From Sedimentisphaerales bacterium (GTDB lineage Bacteria; Planctomycetota; Phycisphaerae; Sedimentisphaerales; SM23-30), in NCBI GenBank assembly GCA_963663805.2, contig CAXXMR010000018.1, forward strand, positions 115,645-179,644: 64,000 nt of DNA, given 5' to 3'. Made by a program: the position numbers and the translations under genes. Under the pieces are notes generated by a model. The model saw nothing but the letters and a program-made list of their open reading frames with translations, ran no database searches and was not told the DNA's origin. Numbering within the stretch: the first letter of the stretch is position 1; each line of letters starts with the position of its first letter. Below, piece after piece: positions 18,828-30,579 of this stretch.

Positions 18828-20904
18828 GATGCGAGTTCTTCATATTTCGGCCTTTCTGATAGTTTTCCTGTGAGTCCCTGGCTTTTGTGTGGCATCATTT
18901 CCTTGGGACCCAGCTCAAATAACCTTTCGCCTTTGTCATTATACTTGTAGCTTTTAAAAAGTCCATATCGCCTCCATATTTTAATCGTATTCGAAGATAC
19001 ATTCAACTTTTCTGCCATTTCATCAACCGTCAGCAAGCCCTTTTCCCGAAGCCTGTCGTATCGCGTTTTGAGATTATAGTGCCTACGAAGTCTGCCGACA
19101 ATCACACTGTTGAACTTTTTGCCCTCGGATGGTTTAATGCCTCTGCGGTTAAGATTGTCGGCGATTTCCCTATCTGTAAAATGGTCGATCAGTTTATCGA
19201 TTTCTTCGATGATTTCAGGTTTCGTTTTCCTGGCCTGCCAAGCACTTAATGGGATCGGCACCGTCATCTGATGCGTTGCACCGCCTTTCAGCCGTATTTT
19301 AAGGTCAACATCTTTCTCTGTTCGTTCCATGGTCACATCTTCGATGATCAGCCGTGCCATTCTTTTACGTTGTTGATCCGTAAGTGGCTGGATCATTCCA
19401 TACCTTTGGGAAGTTTTTGACCAATGACAGTATCTTGCCCCGGCATTGCTGATCAAGCTTGATTTTGTCAAAGTTCGTGTTGCTCCTCATATTCTTGACG
19501 AACATCAGATAATATCCTTAACTTGTCATTCCAGTCGGCTTCAAGCTGGTCAGCGACCAGTCTATTCCTCGGGTCGATGTTCATGAATCGGTCTTTGGCA
19601 AGATCGGCCTGATCTTGTGCTCGCTAAACTTTTTGATACCGGAGTTTATCTGCTTCTTTCAATCGTTGCTGCACTTCCTGCTGGACCGTAAGAGCAATCT
19701 CCAATGTCACCGGCTGGACCAATTCCAACAATAACTGTTCGACGGCCTGATCTACCTTATACCCTGGGATGCTTTGGCAAATGGGTTGGCCATATTCTAT
19801 GCCATGACGCTGACAGACGTAATCAGGTACGAGTTTGCCATAACGACTGTGATACCGCAGTGTCATTCGCTGACCGCAGACCCCGCAAATAATCAACCCC
19901 TGTAAAAGAGCCGGGCCATGTCCCGGCGGGTGGTTACGTCTGTCTACGCCATATGACTGTGCATTGGCCCTTAACGTTTTGAGATTCTCATTGTATTGAT
20001 CCCATGTAATATATCCGGGATGTGCATCTGGAATAACTGTATGCCATTCATCAATGGGCAACTCCCGGACGCCAATTCTGCCATTCGGTTGTTTATAACA
20101 TTTTTTTCGTCCATATACAAATGTACCGGCGTAACGTGGATTATGCAGGGCTTGCAGAGCACGCGTATGCGTTAGTGGTCCCCATACAGTTTTTCCTCGA
20201 TTGATCCTACCTCTTACCAGTCGAGGGAACTGAAGCCCGTTTTTACGGAAGTGCTTGACGATAGCCATAGCTGACCCTGCACGCTTGAATGTCTTGAAAA
20301 AAGTATGTAATGCTTCCTGGACCTGACTGTCGGGTGTCAGTGCCACTTTTCCTAAAGGATCATAGCTTAAGCCGACCGGCAATGGCAACTGTAATTCTCC
20401 CCGGCTGGCTTTGTTTAAGATACCTCCCCGGAGACGAGCACGGAGCATATGAAGTTCAGCTTCACTCATCGTTCCTTTCATGCCCAGTAGCAGTCGATCA
20501 TTAAAATGACCGGGATCATACAGACCGTCTTCATCTAATATCAAGGTGTCTGTCAGGGCACATATCTCAAGTAGACGGTGCCAGTCGCTGGAGTTACAGG
20601 CCAGACGAGAGACTTCCAATCCTAACACGATACCGGCCTTTCCCATACCAACATCAGCCACCAGTTTTTGGAAGCCTTCGCGGTCTTTTGCAGAGGCGCC
20701 GGATTGCCCCAGATCGCAATCAATCACATGGACACTGTCATCGGACCAACCCAAGGCAGTCGCACGCCGGCGGAGATCGTATTGACGTTTGGTGCTTTCT
20801 GTATTATGGAACACCTGATGAATCGTGGATTGTCGAATATACAGATACGCATCCCGTTTAAGATGTTCAGGACGTACTTTTTGGTGAGATGTGTCGCTAT
20901 TCAT
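18806..20904 (-). pseudogene. Large serine recombinase (resolvase + recombinase + zinc ribbon + C-terminal HTH), disrupted
   Basis: YIRQST, DLGQSG, SRLA, NPRYAG, ICGVCG. In-frame TAG at 19624-19626 and two further frameshifts near 19470 and 19380. Confidence 0.88.
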
Positions 20905-21258
20905 AATGCCACCTCCTGTAACGTTGATAGCACCATCTCTGAAATCGTCATGATCATCCGGCTGCGAATTGTATCCGGCACGGCCAGATTTGCCTTGTCA
21001 GATATGGAGACGGCAGGAACAACCGACTGCTGCTGATATGATTCAATCTTTGAGAAGGCATATGCCCACGATGCAACCCCGCGATGAATCAGCAGCAACA
21101 GTCCCCATCCCTGGCAGCAGTAATCTTTACTTGTCAATACCATTTTACGTAACTGTTCATAACGATCAGTACAGCGATCAAAATGGTCGCCGGGTTCGCC
21201 TAAATATGTCGCCCTTTTTTTAGCTGACGCTGCAAGGCACGTTCGATACTGCGTGTAG
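20901..21258 (-). pseudogene. Accessory genes of the recombinase element (small ORF plus HTH C-terminal remnant)
   Basis: YEQLR..GLLLLIHRGVASW ORF overlapping the recombinase start; remnant RSIERALQRQLKKG just upstream. Confidence 0.5.
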
Positions 21259-21309
21259 TTGTCAAGCAAGCGAGATACCGCTTTTGAGCGGTTGAAAATT
21301 GAAAATTTC

Positions 21310-22133
21310 GTAACATTTAGCCAAGTGAAGCAAATTCTATAGCTTTTGGGTTGGCTTGTGCAAAAAAAAAAAGACAAAAAAACTTCAAAATGTTAAGATA
21401 GGAAATTTGCGCTATTGTGTGTAATGGTTTATAGTATCGGCATGATGAAGCCGAATGCTGAACAGACTATCGCCGACCTGGCCTTAGAGCAGGAATTGAC
21501 TGCGGAACAGGCCAAAGCTATTTTTGCTCAGGGTGAAGAGGCGGTGGTTTTTGTTTTGCTGAGGACTGTCGAAACTGGCAGCGGAAAAAACACAAGGTAC
21601 GTTAGTTGCCGGCAGTCCGGCTGATCCTTCGTGTCCCTCAGGTCAGAAGCCGATTTTTGTCAAGCCGAACAAAACAGATAAAAAACGCGGCAAAAAGTTT
21701 GGCCGTAAAAAAGGGCATCAAGGTACTCGCCGCAATCTGCCGATCCAAATAGACCGCACCGAAGAACATCGCGCTTCATGTTGTCCGGACTGCGGCGGCG
21801 AACTGAAAAAATGTTCCGGCACACGTGAATGAGTCATCGAAGACATTCCGAAAGATGTTCGCGTTGAGACGGTAAAGCATGTTATTCATCGCGACTGGTG
21901 TCCGAACTGTCGCAAGGCGGTTGAGCCGATCGTAACCGATGAGTGGTCGAACAAGGAAGCTCAGCGGTTGATTAAGCGTTTGAAACGCCATCATGATGAG
22001 CGTGTTCTTTACCCTGAAACAACGCGGCCTAAAACCCGGTTGCTACCATCAAAAAAGCCCTGCGAACATACATCAAAACCGGCAAATTGCCAAAACTCGC
22101 GGAGTTCTCTGCTTCACTTGGCTAAAGTGTTAC
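21310..22133 (+). mobile_element. Internally deleted single-ORF-type IS66 element
   Basis: Inverted repeats GTAACATTTAGCCAAGTGAAGCA / TGCTTCACTTGGCTAAAGTGTTAC. Transposase fragments (GRKKGHQG, CPDCGG, WCPNC, RLIKRL, SVFFTLKQRG) with stops and deletions. Confidence 0.85.
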
Positions 22134-22184
22134 GATTGTTTAGAATTTTGTCATTTAGTGCTTAGGATTTCCAGTTTATCTGGA

Positions 22185-23000
22185 TTAGGGGGTATCGAGG
22201 GTCTGTTCGAGGAATTTTTTTCGCCATTTTCCGGGCGAGACTTTGTGGTTTTTCTGGAACAGTCTGATAAAAAAGTTGACATCGTCGTATCCGCAGCGAT
22301 GGGCGGCTTGTTTTACGGTCATATAAGGATTGAGCAGGTACCGGCAGGCCAACTGCATACGCTGCTTTTGCTGGTACTGAATGGGGCTGCAACCGAGATG
22401 TTTTTTGAAGAGCTTGGTCAGATAACTGGCGCTAATATCAACGTTTTCAGCGATTTCCTCGACGGCGATGGGTTCGATGAGGTGGTTCTGAATATAATCA
22501 AGTGCTTTTTGAGCACGGGGGTGGATTTCGACGGTGTCCTGCTGATGCTGCTCGATTTGTTTGATGCGGGAAATGATGGCCTGGAGCAATCCGACAGCAA
22601 TTTCAGTATAGGAATCACTATTATATATTACAGTATGGAGGTCGATGATGTCTTCGAGCCAGCGGGTGAGGTAGGTTTCGTTTTTGAGGGAAATAATGCG
22701 GAATAAAGTGTCAAAGATTTCCGGGGCATGGTAGAAGCCAACGTAGGAAGTGCCGACATATTCATTTTCGATTTGCCAGTGGGATAGTCGAGGTGGGATT
22801 ATAACGAGTTTACCAGCTGTAGCGGTCAGGGTCTTGTCTTCGGATTTGATAATGGTTGTGCCCTGAGTTACGAGTATTAGTTCGGTAAAATCGTGGGCGT
22901 GAGAACGAACGTTAGTATTGGCTAATCGGTGTCCCGCCGAATAGGCGTGAGGGATGCCGAAGTAGTTGACGGTTTTTGCTTTGGGAAAAGGTTGGGCCAT
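22185..23000 (-). CDS. AraC family transcriptional regulator (cupin + HTH)
   Basis: HAHDFTEL cupin; C-terminal CGYDDVNFFIRLFQK..SPGKWRK. Confidence 0.92.
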   Translation of the reverse strand: MAQPFPKAKTVNYFGIPHAYSAGHRLANTNVRSHAHDFTELILVTQGTTIIKSEDKTLTATAGKLVIIPPRLSHWQIENEYVGTSYVGFYHAPEIFDTLFRIISLKNETYLTRWLEDIIDLHTVIYNSDSYTEIAVGLLQAIISRIKQIEQHQQDTVEIHPRAQKALDYIQNHLIEPIAVEEIAENVDISASYLTKLFKKHLGCSPIQYQQKQRMQLACRYLLNPYMTVKQAAHRCGYDDVNFFIRLFQKNHKVSPGKWRKKFLEQTLDTP

Positions 23001-23115
23001 TACTACGGTTCTCCAGTACTTGTAATTCAGCAGCCGAGTCGATTATCGGTCAGTCGCGGTTGCCGCCTCTATAATGATGGTATGATACAAGCATTTGGGT
23101 GTGAATGGCAAGTTA

Positions 23116-23153
23116 AATGCTGTTTTGTGCTATAAAATTGCTTGTTTGTGGTG
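23116..23153 (+). promoter_or_regulatory. Putative AraC-type tandem direct repeat
   Basis: AAATGCTGTTTTGTG / AATTGCTTGTTTGTG at 21-bp spacing upstream of the hydrolase gene. Confidence 0.4.
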
Positions 23154-23188
23154 TTGTTTCGGCATGTTTTATCAGTTAAGATATAAGC

Positions 23189-24253
23189 ATGAGTAGTAAC
23201 AGGGAAAAACACCATATCGATATGCCCGCATATAGTGAGTACGGCTATGTTGGTTCAGCTAAGGGGCGGGGAACTTTGCCGATGATTATTGATACAGATT
23301 TGGGTAATGATATCGATGACGCTTTGGCATTGATACTGGCTCATGCACTGGAGCGGAACGGTGAATGTGAGCTGCGGGGGGTGATGGTTAATAAGGATAA
23401 TCCTTATTCGCCGGCACTGGTTGATGTTATCAATACTTTTAACGGTCGGGGAGATATTCCTATTGGTATGGTACGGGAGGGTAAGACTCCGGAAGACGGC
23501 TTGTTTCTTAAGCCGATAGTTGAGGCGCGTGATGGAGATTGTCTGAAGTATCCGAGGACGTTTCTTAACTATCCTGTTTCAGCCGTAACTCTTTATCGGC
23601 GGTTATTATCGGAAGCCCAGGATAATTCTCTGGTGATCGTGAGCATAGGGTTCTTTACGAATCTGGCGGCATTGCTGGAGACGGGGCCTGATAAGTTTTC
23701 GGAGTTAAACGGGGTGGAACTGGTAGCTCGTAAGGTTAAAATGCTTTCGATTATGGCGGGAGATTTCCGCGAAGAAGCCCTTACGCGTCAAAGTGAGGAA
23801 TACGCGGAATTCAATGTGCGGTACGATATTGAGGCTGCTCAGAAGGTTTGCCGCGATTGGCCGGGCACGATTATTTTTAGTGGGCTGGAGGTCGGACTGG
23901 GTATTCTTTATCCTTCTGAGAGCATATCGAATGATTTTGATTGGTGTGAAAATCATCCGGTAGTGGATGGTTATCGTTTGTATGACAAGATGCCTTATGA
24001 CAGACCTTGCTGGGATTTGACCAGTATTTTGTATCCGGTTCGGATGGAGGCGGGGTATTTTGATTTATCAGAACGGGGCCGGGTTTCGGTATCGGATATC
24101 GGCGTAACCAGTTTCAGTACTGATATTCAGGGCAGCCATCAGTATTTGATCAATATACCTGAAAAGATTCCGGTAATTCAGGGTGTGATGCGTTCGCTTT
24201 GTTCTCATTCGCCTGAAAGCGTCGATAATGTCAGACCTGTTATTCTGAAATAA
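23189..24253 (+). CDS. Nucleoside hydrolase family protein (IU-NH)
   Basis: IIDTDLGNDIDDALA, TNLA, AEFNV, WDL. Confidence 0.9.
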   Translation: MSSNREKHHIDMPAYSEYGYVGSAKGRGTLPMIIDTDLGNDIDDALALILAHALERNGECELRGVMVNKDNPYSPALVDVINTFNGRGDIPIGMVREGKTPEDGLFLKPIVEARDGDCLKYPRTFLNYPVSAVTLYRRLLSEAQDNSLVIVSIGFFTNLAALLETGPDKFSELNGVELVARKVKMLSIMAGDFREEALTRQSEEYAEFNVRYDIEAAQKVCRDWPGTIIFSGLEVGLGILYPSESISNDFDWCENHPVVDGYRLYDKMPYDRPCWDLTSILYPVRMEAGYFDLSERGRVSVSDIGVTSFSTDIQGSHQYLINIPEKIPVIQGVMRSLCSHSPESVDNVRPVILK

Positions 24254-24476
24254 TATCGGAACCGGACACGGGTGAATAATTACTTTGGGGTGCGGGGGGA
24301 TTTTTTTTGCATTTCTATCTTCTTTAATATCAAGTGGTTATCTGTGTTGCTACAGGGTTGGTGATAGTGATAAAACTTTATTTTATGAGCGGGTAATTAT
24401 CGTACTTTCGGAAGTCGAAAAGCATTGTAGGTGAAGTTACACCAATTACAAAAGGTCGCAGGTGGTTTTGTAAAAA

Positions 24477-27257
24477 ATGCTATTTGACAACAAATTTAAT
24501 TTTGGGATACGGTTTGTCAATTTATTCGCGTGGACAGTCTGGTTGGCTTTGGTGTTTGCTGCGGGTGAGTATTCGTCCGGAGTTGAGTCCGATAATTATG
24601 ATAATGCTCCGGTTCAAAGTGCGGCTGTATTAGACCCTCAAATGTCTGGTGAACTGGTGAAAATCGGGGTGCTGTCTCATCAGGGCTGTGGGAATTGTAT
24701 GGACCGCTGGAAACCAACCGCGGATTTCCTTACGGAAAAAATCAAGGGCTATAGATTTGAAATAGTTCCTCTGGAATTCAAAGAGATTGATTCTGCGGTC
24801 AAAGCTAACGAGGTTGATTTTGTACTGGCTAATCCCGCGATTTACTATGCGATGGAAGTCAAGTATGAATTCGGTCGTGTTGTTACTCTGAAAAACAAAA
24901 GCAGCAGTGGTGGAGTTGTGACATTGTTTGGCGGAGTGATATTCTGCCGTTCAAACCGCAGCGATATTCAAGCAATCAGTGATTTGCGGGGCAAAAGTTT
25001 TATGGGGGTGGAGGAGAACTCTTTTGGCGGCTGGCTAATGGCCTGCCGTGAATTGAATAGTCTGGGAATCGATTATCATTCAGACTTTTTGACAGTTAGT
25101 TTTGGTGGTACGCATGACAGTGTTGTATACGCAGTGTTGGATGGTAGAGTTGATGCCGGGACGGTTCGTACGGATACTCTGGAGAGAATGGCTGGTCAAG
25201 GGTTAATAAATCTTACTGATTTTCGGGTTCTTTATGGCGAAGATGAGCATGTCGCTATTCATGACAAAAATCATGACGGTTTTGGTTTCAGGCATAGTAC
25301 GCGTTTGTATCCTGAATGGCCCCTGGCCAAGACCCGGAAAACCCCGGATGAGCTCGCCGAAAAGGTTACCGTTGCTTTGATATCAATGTCTGCTGATGAC
25401 CCCGCCGCTCGTGCTGCCCAAAGTGCTGGATGGACGGTTCCTATGCAGTATTCGGAAGTGGAGCATTGTCTTCAGGAATTGCGGATTTCACCTTATGAGG
25501 ACTACGGCAAGATAACCCATGCGGAGGTAGTAAAGAAATACTGGCCTTTATTGGCGGCTTTGGTGGCGGTGAGCTTAGTGTTTGTTCTGTATCTGGCGCA
25601 TACCCGGAATCTAAACGCAAAACTACAAATTGAAATACAAGATCGCAAAGAAGCTGAAGGGCGACTGACTTTGGCTTATGATAATCTCAAGGTTATATTG
25701 GAAAAAGCGCCTTTTGGAGTAACAATAGTTGACAAGCAACGCAGTATCCGGTGGGTCAATGATACGGTGGTTAAAATGGTCGGGGTGGAAGACGCTTCAT
25801 TGATATTGCACAGCAGTTGCAAGAAATATCTTTGCGAAAAAGGTCAAAAGGAATGTCCGGTTCTGGATTTGGGGCGGTGTGTACAAAATTCAGAGCGTAT
25901 ATTACGTCGTGAAGATGGCACAGAAATCCCTGTCTTGAAGACGGTCACCGAAATTAATATAGGTGGCGAAGATTTGCTGATGGAGACATTTTATGACATT
26001 GCGGAGCAAAAGGAAGCTCAGGAGCAGTTGCTGAAGATAAACGAGCATTTGCAGGACGCAACCGCCCGGGCAAATCACATGGCGGCTCAGGCGGAAATGG
26101 CGAATTTGTCGAAAAGTCAATTTTTGGCGAATATGAGTCACGAGATACGTACGCCGATGAACGGGATTTTAGGGTTTGCTGAGCTGTTGGCCATGGATGA
26201 TTTGACCGAGGAGCAGCTTGATTATGTTCATACGATATATAATTCGGGCGAGGTTTTACTGAAGCTGATAAACGATATTCTTGATTTCTCGAAGATCGAA
26301 GCGGGCAAGATGGATATGGAAGTAATCGATTGTTCGCTGGAAGGTCTTCTCAAGGATATTAGTTTGTTGTTTAAGCCGATGGCTGCCAACAAGAATCTGG
26401 AATTTAAGGTTGTTCATCTGACTTCTCTGCCGCGTGACATAAAGACAGACCCGACGCGTGTGAAGCAGTGTTTGACGAATCTGGTAAATAACGCGCTGAA
26501 ATTCACGGATGAGGGTCATGTATATATCAAGACGCAGGTTTTGGAGCGGGGCGGCGATTTGTTCCTGAAATTTGAGGTTGAAGATACTGGTATTGGTATT
26601 GCAAAGAATAAACTTGAATCGATATTCGATTCGTTTTCTCAGGCGGACAACAGCACGACTCGGAAATTTGGCGGTACCGGCCTGGGTTTGACGATAACCA
26701 AACGTCTGGCAGAGTTGCTGGGTGGTGAGGTTGTGGTTGGTAGTGAGGTTGGACTTGGTTCAACATTTTCTCTGTTGATTCCGGCAGGTATAGAAAGTTT
26801 TGGGCCGGACAGTGAAATTCGAGAGGATTTCGGCGGCAGGATGGGGTTTGGCCAAAGCACTATGGCCAAACAGTATGCGGGCAAGGTGCTGGTTGTTGAA
26901 GATGTGCCGTCCAATCAGATTTTGCTGCGTTCGATGCTTAATAAACTGGGGGTTGACCCGGTGATTGTAAATGACGGGAAAGAAGCTATCAGAGAGATAA
27001 ACAAGAACAGTTACGACCTTCTTCTTCTGGATATGCACATGCCGGTGCTGAACGGCTATGGTACGGCCGAGGCGTTGCGTCACGCGGGCTTCACTTTGCC
27101 GATAGTGGCTTTGACGGCAAACGCCATGAAAGGCGACGAAGAGAAATGTCTGGAGGCCGGCTGTGACGAGTATCTGGCCAAGCCGGTTAAACTCGCGAAG
27201 TTACGCGATATTGTGGACCGCTACCTTAAGGTTGCCGAAGTCGATGCTGGAGTCTGA
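24477..27257 (+). CDS. Hybrid sensor histidine kinase (periplasmic phosphonate-type SBP domain, TM, PAS, HisKA, HATPase, REC)
   Basis: VDFVLANP / RLYPEWP SBP region; [31 protein letters not shown]. Confidence 0.93.
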   Translation: MLFDNKFNFGIRFVNLFAWTVWLALVFAAGEYSSGVESDNYDNAPVQSAAVLDPQMSGELVKIGVLSHQGCGNCMDRWKPTADFLTEKIKGYRFEIVPLEFKEIDSAVKANEVDFVLANPAIYYAMEVKYEFGRVVTLKNKSSSGGVVTLFGGVIFCRSNRSDIQAISDLRGKSFMGVEENSFGGWLMACRELNSLGIDYHSDFLTVSFGGTHDSVVYAVLDGRVDAGTVRTDTLERMAGQGLINLTDFRVLYGEDEHVAIHDKNHDGFGFRHSTRLYPEWPLAKTRKTPDELAEKVTVALISMSADDPAARAAQSAGWTVPMQYSEVEHCLQELRISPYEDYGKITHAEVVKKYWPLLAALVAVSLVFVLYLAHTRNLNAKLQIEIQDRKEAEGRLTLAYDNLKVILEKAPFGVTIVDKQRSIRWVNDTVVKMVGVEDASLILHSSCKKYLCEKGQKECPVLDLGRCVQNSERILRREDGTEIPVLKTVTEINIGGEDLLMETFYDIAEQKEAQEQLLKINEHLQDATARANHMAAQAEMANLSKSQFLANMSHEIRTPMNGILGFAELLAMDDLTEEQLDYVHTIYNSGEVLLKLINDILDFSKIEAGKMDMEVIDCSLEGLLKDISLLFKPMAANKNLEFKVVHLTSLPRDIKTDPTRVKQCLTNLVNNALKFTDEGHVYIKTQVLERGGDLFLKFEVEDTGIGIAKNKLESIFDSFSQADNSTTRKFGGTGLGLTITKRLAELLGGEVVVGSEVGLGSTFSLLIPAGIESFGPDSEIREDFGGRMGFGQSTMAKQYAGKVLVVEDVPSNQILLRSMLNKLGVDPVIVNDGKEAIREINKNSYDLLLLDMHMPVLNGYGTAEALRHAGFTLPIVALTANAMKGDEEKCLEAGCDEYLAKPVKLAKLRDIVDRYLKVAEVDAGV

Positions 27258-27296
27258 TTTGGGTTTAGCAAAGTAAGTTATTTATAGGAGTTCGAT

Positions 27297-27704
27297 ATGA
27301 ACGTTTTGATTGACTGGGTGGCTGAACTAGAAACAGGTATAGACGAAATTGACAAGCAGCATAAAGTGCTGGTCAGGATGATTAACAATCTTCACCAGGC
27401 TATATTGAAAGATGAAACTGAATCCGCCATTAAAATGATTGTGCATGATATGGTGGTTTATGTCCAGATGCATTTTCAGACCGAAGAAGATTTGATGGAT
27501 AAATATGACTATCCGTTGATGGCTTTACACAAACAGGAACACAGTAAATTTGTGGCTAAGACGCTGGATTTCAAGGAGGCATCAGACCGGAGCGAGGAAA
27601 ATATTTCTTATAAGGTAATGGATTATTTGCAGAGTTGGTTGGTGAGTCACATATTGGATACTGACAAGAATCTGGGGCGTTATCTGCTGGGCAAAGGAGT
27701 TTAG
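27297..27704 (+). CDS. Bacteriohemerythrin
   Basis: IDKQH, HFQTEE, HKQEH, WLVSHILDTD iron-ligand motifs. Confidence 0.93.
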   Translation: MNVLIDWVAELETGIDEIDKQHKVLVRMINNLHQAILKDETESAIKMIVHDMVVYVQMHFQTEEDLMDKYDYPLMALHKQEHSKFVAKTLDFKEASDRSEENISYKVMDYLQSWLVSHILDTDKNLGRYLLGKGV

Positions 27705-27747
27705 TTTTTTTCAGGTTGCAGTTGCAATTCGCCGAGATTGGATAATA

Positions 27748-27785
27748 AAAAGGGCAGGATGACGCGATGGTCACCCTGCCTGAAA
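27748..27785. terminator. Hairpin terminator between convergent genes
   Basis: AAAA-GGGCAGGATGAC...GTCACCCTGCCC. Confidence 0.7.
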
Positions 27786-27806
27786 TAATGATTGTTAAAC
27801 AGGGGA

Positions 27807-29537
27807 TTAATTGTTCTGTTGCCGATTCATCTGTTGCTGCATCTGCATTTGCATCTGCATCTGGAAGGTCATGGCCGCCATTACGCCACTCTGGATGAGT
27901 TCGTTGGGGATGACGAGTTTGACGCGGGCCAGGCCATCGTCAACAACTTTACTGGCCGCGACGGTGCCTTTGACCTGAGATAGCATGCCCATCATCATTT
28001 GGGCTTCCATGGGCATGTTCGGGTTGCCCATCGAGGCCTGCATCATGTTACCGACGTTCATGAACATATAAACATTAGCTTTTTTGGGCAGTACCTGAGT
28101 GAGTTTTTTGATTTGCTCGTTCTGGTTGAGTGAGTTTGCCCCGGCACTTTCGAAGGTCAGTAGTTTTTCGAGTCCGTCGCCGGTGCCGACTGCGACATGT
28201 GTATCGTCAATTTTGGCGAGCTGTTCGGTGAACATGGCCTGGCCGCCCCATTGAGCCGCCAAGGCATCTAGTGCTTCCTTGGGCATGTCCATCTGGGACA
28301 TATCTACCGTCAGCTCACTATAGTCCTTGCCGGCGACGGTGCCTGCCTTAGCTTTGTAGCTCATTGCGATCTCAAATCCTAAGGATTTCATTAGATTTGA
28401 AATGGCCGGCGAAACCGATGACATGTATTCCATCAATTTGTCCGAATCCTTCGATTTGGAAATGCCCATCATTGTCGGCATTGTCGCTTTGGTGGGATCG
28501 GTATTTTCGGGCATATACTGGGCCATGATGCCGGTGCTGCAAATTTCTGTGCTTTTTGCCATGATGTCCTTGATGGCGGCGATATTTTCGGCACCGAGCT
28601 TTTCCTGAATCTCCGCGTCTTCAGCCAGGGTGTCAATGACGGCATTGATAGCCGGAGTAAGTACGTCGGTGTCCATCTCGACTGCGTAGGCCAACATGAA
28701 ATTGCCATCGGGCAGTTTCGACAAAGACGAAGGTGGGATGGTGGGGTGATTCTGCATTACCGAGGCGAGTTTGCTATTTTCTACGGCTTTGAAGTTCATG
28801 TCAATGAGGATTTTTTCCGGTGCCAGAGTGATAGCCAGGCCCAGCCCTTCAAATTCGGTTACCCGGTCGATAATCATATTGGCAAGCTTGACACGGGCCG
28901 GGTGGTTCTGGATTTCGGGTATCTGGGCGATTTTGCCCAGGGCCATTCCTTTGAGGATGGGCATTACAGTTGTTAGATTAACGTTAGCGGCAATGTCGCC
29001 GGAGTTGAAGATCTCGCTGTCGGCTGAACTGAGTTTGGCGCCTTTGGGCCCATTTTTGATGGTTGTCAGAGTAATCGAACTGGGGCTGAAAACCAGATAG
29101 TCGCCGTCGGCCATAAGGTTGACATCATCCTGAAGTTTGTAAACGCCGTCGGCAAGTGCTTGTTTTTCGGGAATTGCCTCAAGTGTCGCAGCCGCATCAT
29201 TGACGGGCAGATATATCGCCATGCTGTTTTCGGGATCGAGGATATTCAACATGGTTATTGCCATGGGCCTGCTAGAGTCGATTTGCCCCTGAGCGGGAAA
29301 GCCGGGCAATTTCACCATGTCTTTGAGATCGATGGGCTCCTGAATGGGGATACCAATTTGGCGGACGAACAAGTCGATTTTGGTATTGAGTTCGGAGATG
29401 GGTTTACTGACGGCCACGACGGTGGCATTGGCGGGCATCTTTTCGAGTACTTCAGGGGCCGCCTGAAGATTGGTGGTTATCAGTACCAGAAACGTTAGAA
29501 AAACAGAAAACGTTTTGATGTTCAAAATTTTCGTCAT
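27807..29537 (-). CDS. Secreted hypothetical protein (DUF3352-like) with Q/M-rich tail
   Basis: AAGGAG RBS before MTKILNIK; signal peptide; long ORF; ends QMQMQMQMQQQM. Confidence 0.7.
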   Translation of the reverse strand: MTKILNIKTFSVFLTFLVLITTNLQAAPEVLEKMPANATVVAVSKPISELNTKIDLFVRQIGIPIQEPIDLKDMVKLPGFPAQGQIDSSRPMAITMLNILDPENSMAIYLPVNDAAATLEAIPEKQALADGVYKLQDDVNLMADGDYLVFSPSSITLTTIKNGPKGAKLSSADSEIFNSGDIAANVNLTTVMPILKGMALGKIAQIPEIQNHPARVKLANMIIDRVTEFEGLGLAITLAPEKILIDMNFKAVENSKLASVMQNHPTIPPSSLSKLPDGNFMLAYAVEMDTDVLTPAINAVIDTLAEDAEIQEKLGAENIAAIKDIMAKSTEICSTGIMAQYMPENTDPTKATMPTMMGISKSKDSDKLMEYMSSVSPAISNLMKSLGFEIAMSYKAKAGTVAGKDYSELTVDMSQMDMPKEALDALAAQWGGQAMFTEQLAKIDDTHVAVGTGDGLEKLLTFESAGANSLNQNEQIKKLTQVLPKKANVYMFMNVGNMMQASMGNPNMPMEAQMMMGMLSQVKGTVAASKVVDDGLARVKLVIPNELIQSGVMAAMTFQMQMQMQMQQQMNRQQNN

Positions 29538-30042
29538 AGCTGTCTCCTTGTCATAAAATGTTACAATTACTTCGTCCGGTAATCCTACCAGGAATACCTT
29601 TTGTATACATAACTTGTCAGCGGCCCGAGGTAAAGCCGTAAACATGAAAGAACATTATATCGTGATTATCGGGCCTGTCACTGTTGAAATTACGCTGGTT
29701 GCTATAGATTTTTGGCAGGTAAAAAACAGGTAAAAATTTTACCAACAAATGCTCCATGCTCTCAAACTGACTATCACAGTTATCGTTAAGTCGTTTGAAA
29801 CAGGCGTAATGTTACAAAAATTAAAACTTTTTTTAAGAAAATCAAATTATCGATTTGCTATAACAATGATTTTGTATACAATTACGCCCGGTCGGACCCC
29901 GTAGAAGTACGGAGTAGAGAAAATAACAAAAAAAATACCCAAAAATGCCTTCTGTTGATAAGAATGCCCTTGACCGGAGTGTCTTATAGGCATATAGTAT
30001 AGTAGTTTTAGTAGTCTTTTTAGCGAAAGAGAAGGAGTCGTT

Positions 30043-30519
30043 ATGAAATTAGCTACGCGAGTAAGATATGGTGTTAGAGCCATGATTGAGCTGGCAAAGG
30101 TGAGAGATGGTAAACCTGTGTCGCTACGCAAGTTAGCGGAAAATCAGGGGGTTTCGTCCAAATACCTGGAGCAGATGGCTACGGCACTTAAACACGCGGG
30201 ACTGCTGGACAGTGTCAGAGGCGCAGAGGGTGGATACAAGCTGGGCAAACCAGCCTCAGAGATTACGGTCTGGGATATTTACAAGGTTCTGGATACTGCC
30301 GTTTCGACGGCGGACTGCGTGGACGGTCCGTGTGAGCGTGATATTATCTGCTCAGCCAAGGAACTATGGGTCGATGTTTCCAAGGCTATCGAAGGAGTCC
30401 TTCATAAGCACTCTCTGGGCGAGCTGGCCGAAAAAGAACTGAAGCTGGAAGCGAAAAACCCGGACTTCAAGCCCGAAATCAAGCGATTGCCCTGTTCTCG
30501 CGGCGACAAGAAGATTTAA
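30043..30519 (+). CDS. Rrf2 family transcriptional regulator
   Basis: RYGVRAMIELA, YLEQ, SVRGAEGGYKL, three Cys (C..C..C). Confidence 0.93.
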   Translation: MKLATRVRYGVRAMIELAKVRDGKPVSLRKLAENQGVSSKYLEQMATALKHAGLLDSVRGAEGGYKLGKPASEITVWDIYKVLDTAVSTADCVDGPCERDIICSAKELWVDVSKAIEGVLHKHSLGELAEKELKLEAKNPDFKPEIKRLPCSRGDKKI

Positions 30520-30579
30520 GCAGTTTTAAGCAACAACTATTAGCTGCATTTGTTACTCAGAGACAGGGTAAGGAGTCCG

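Noticed and set aside
19624..19626. Recoded TAG (readthrough or pyrrolysine) in the recombinase
   Set aside because: Two further frameshifts follow and the element is truncated; decay or sequence error is simpler.
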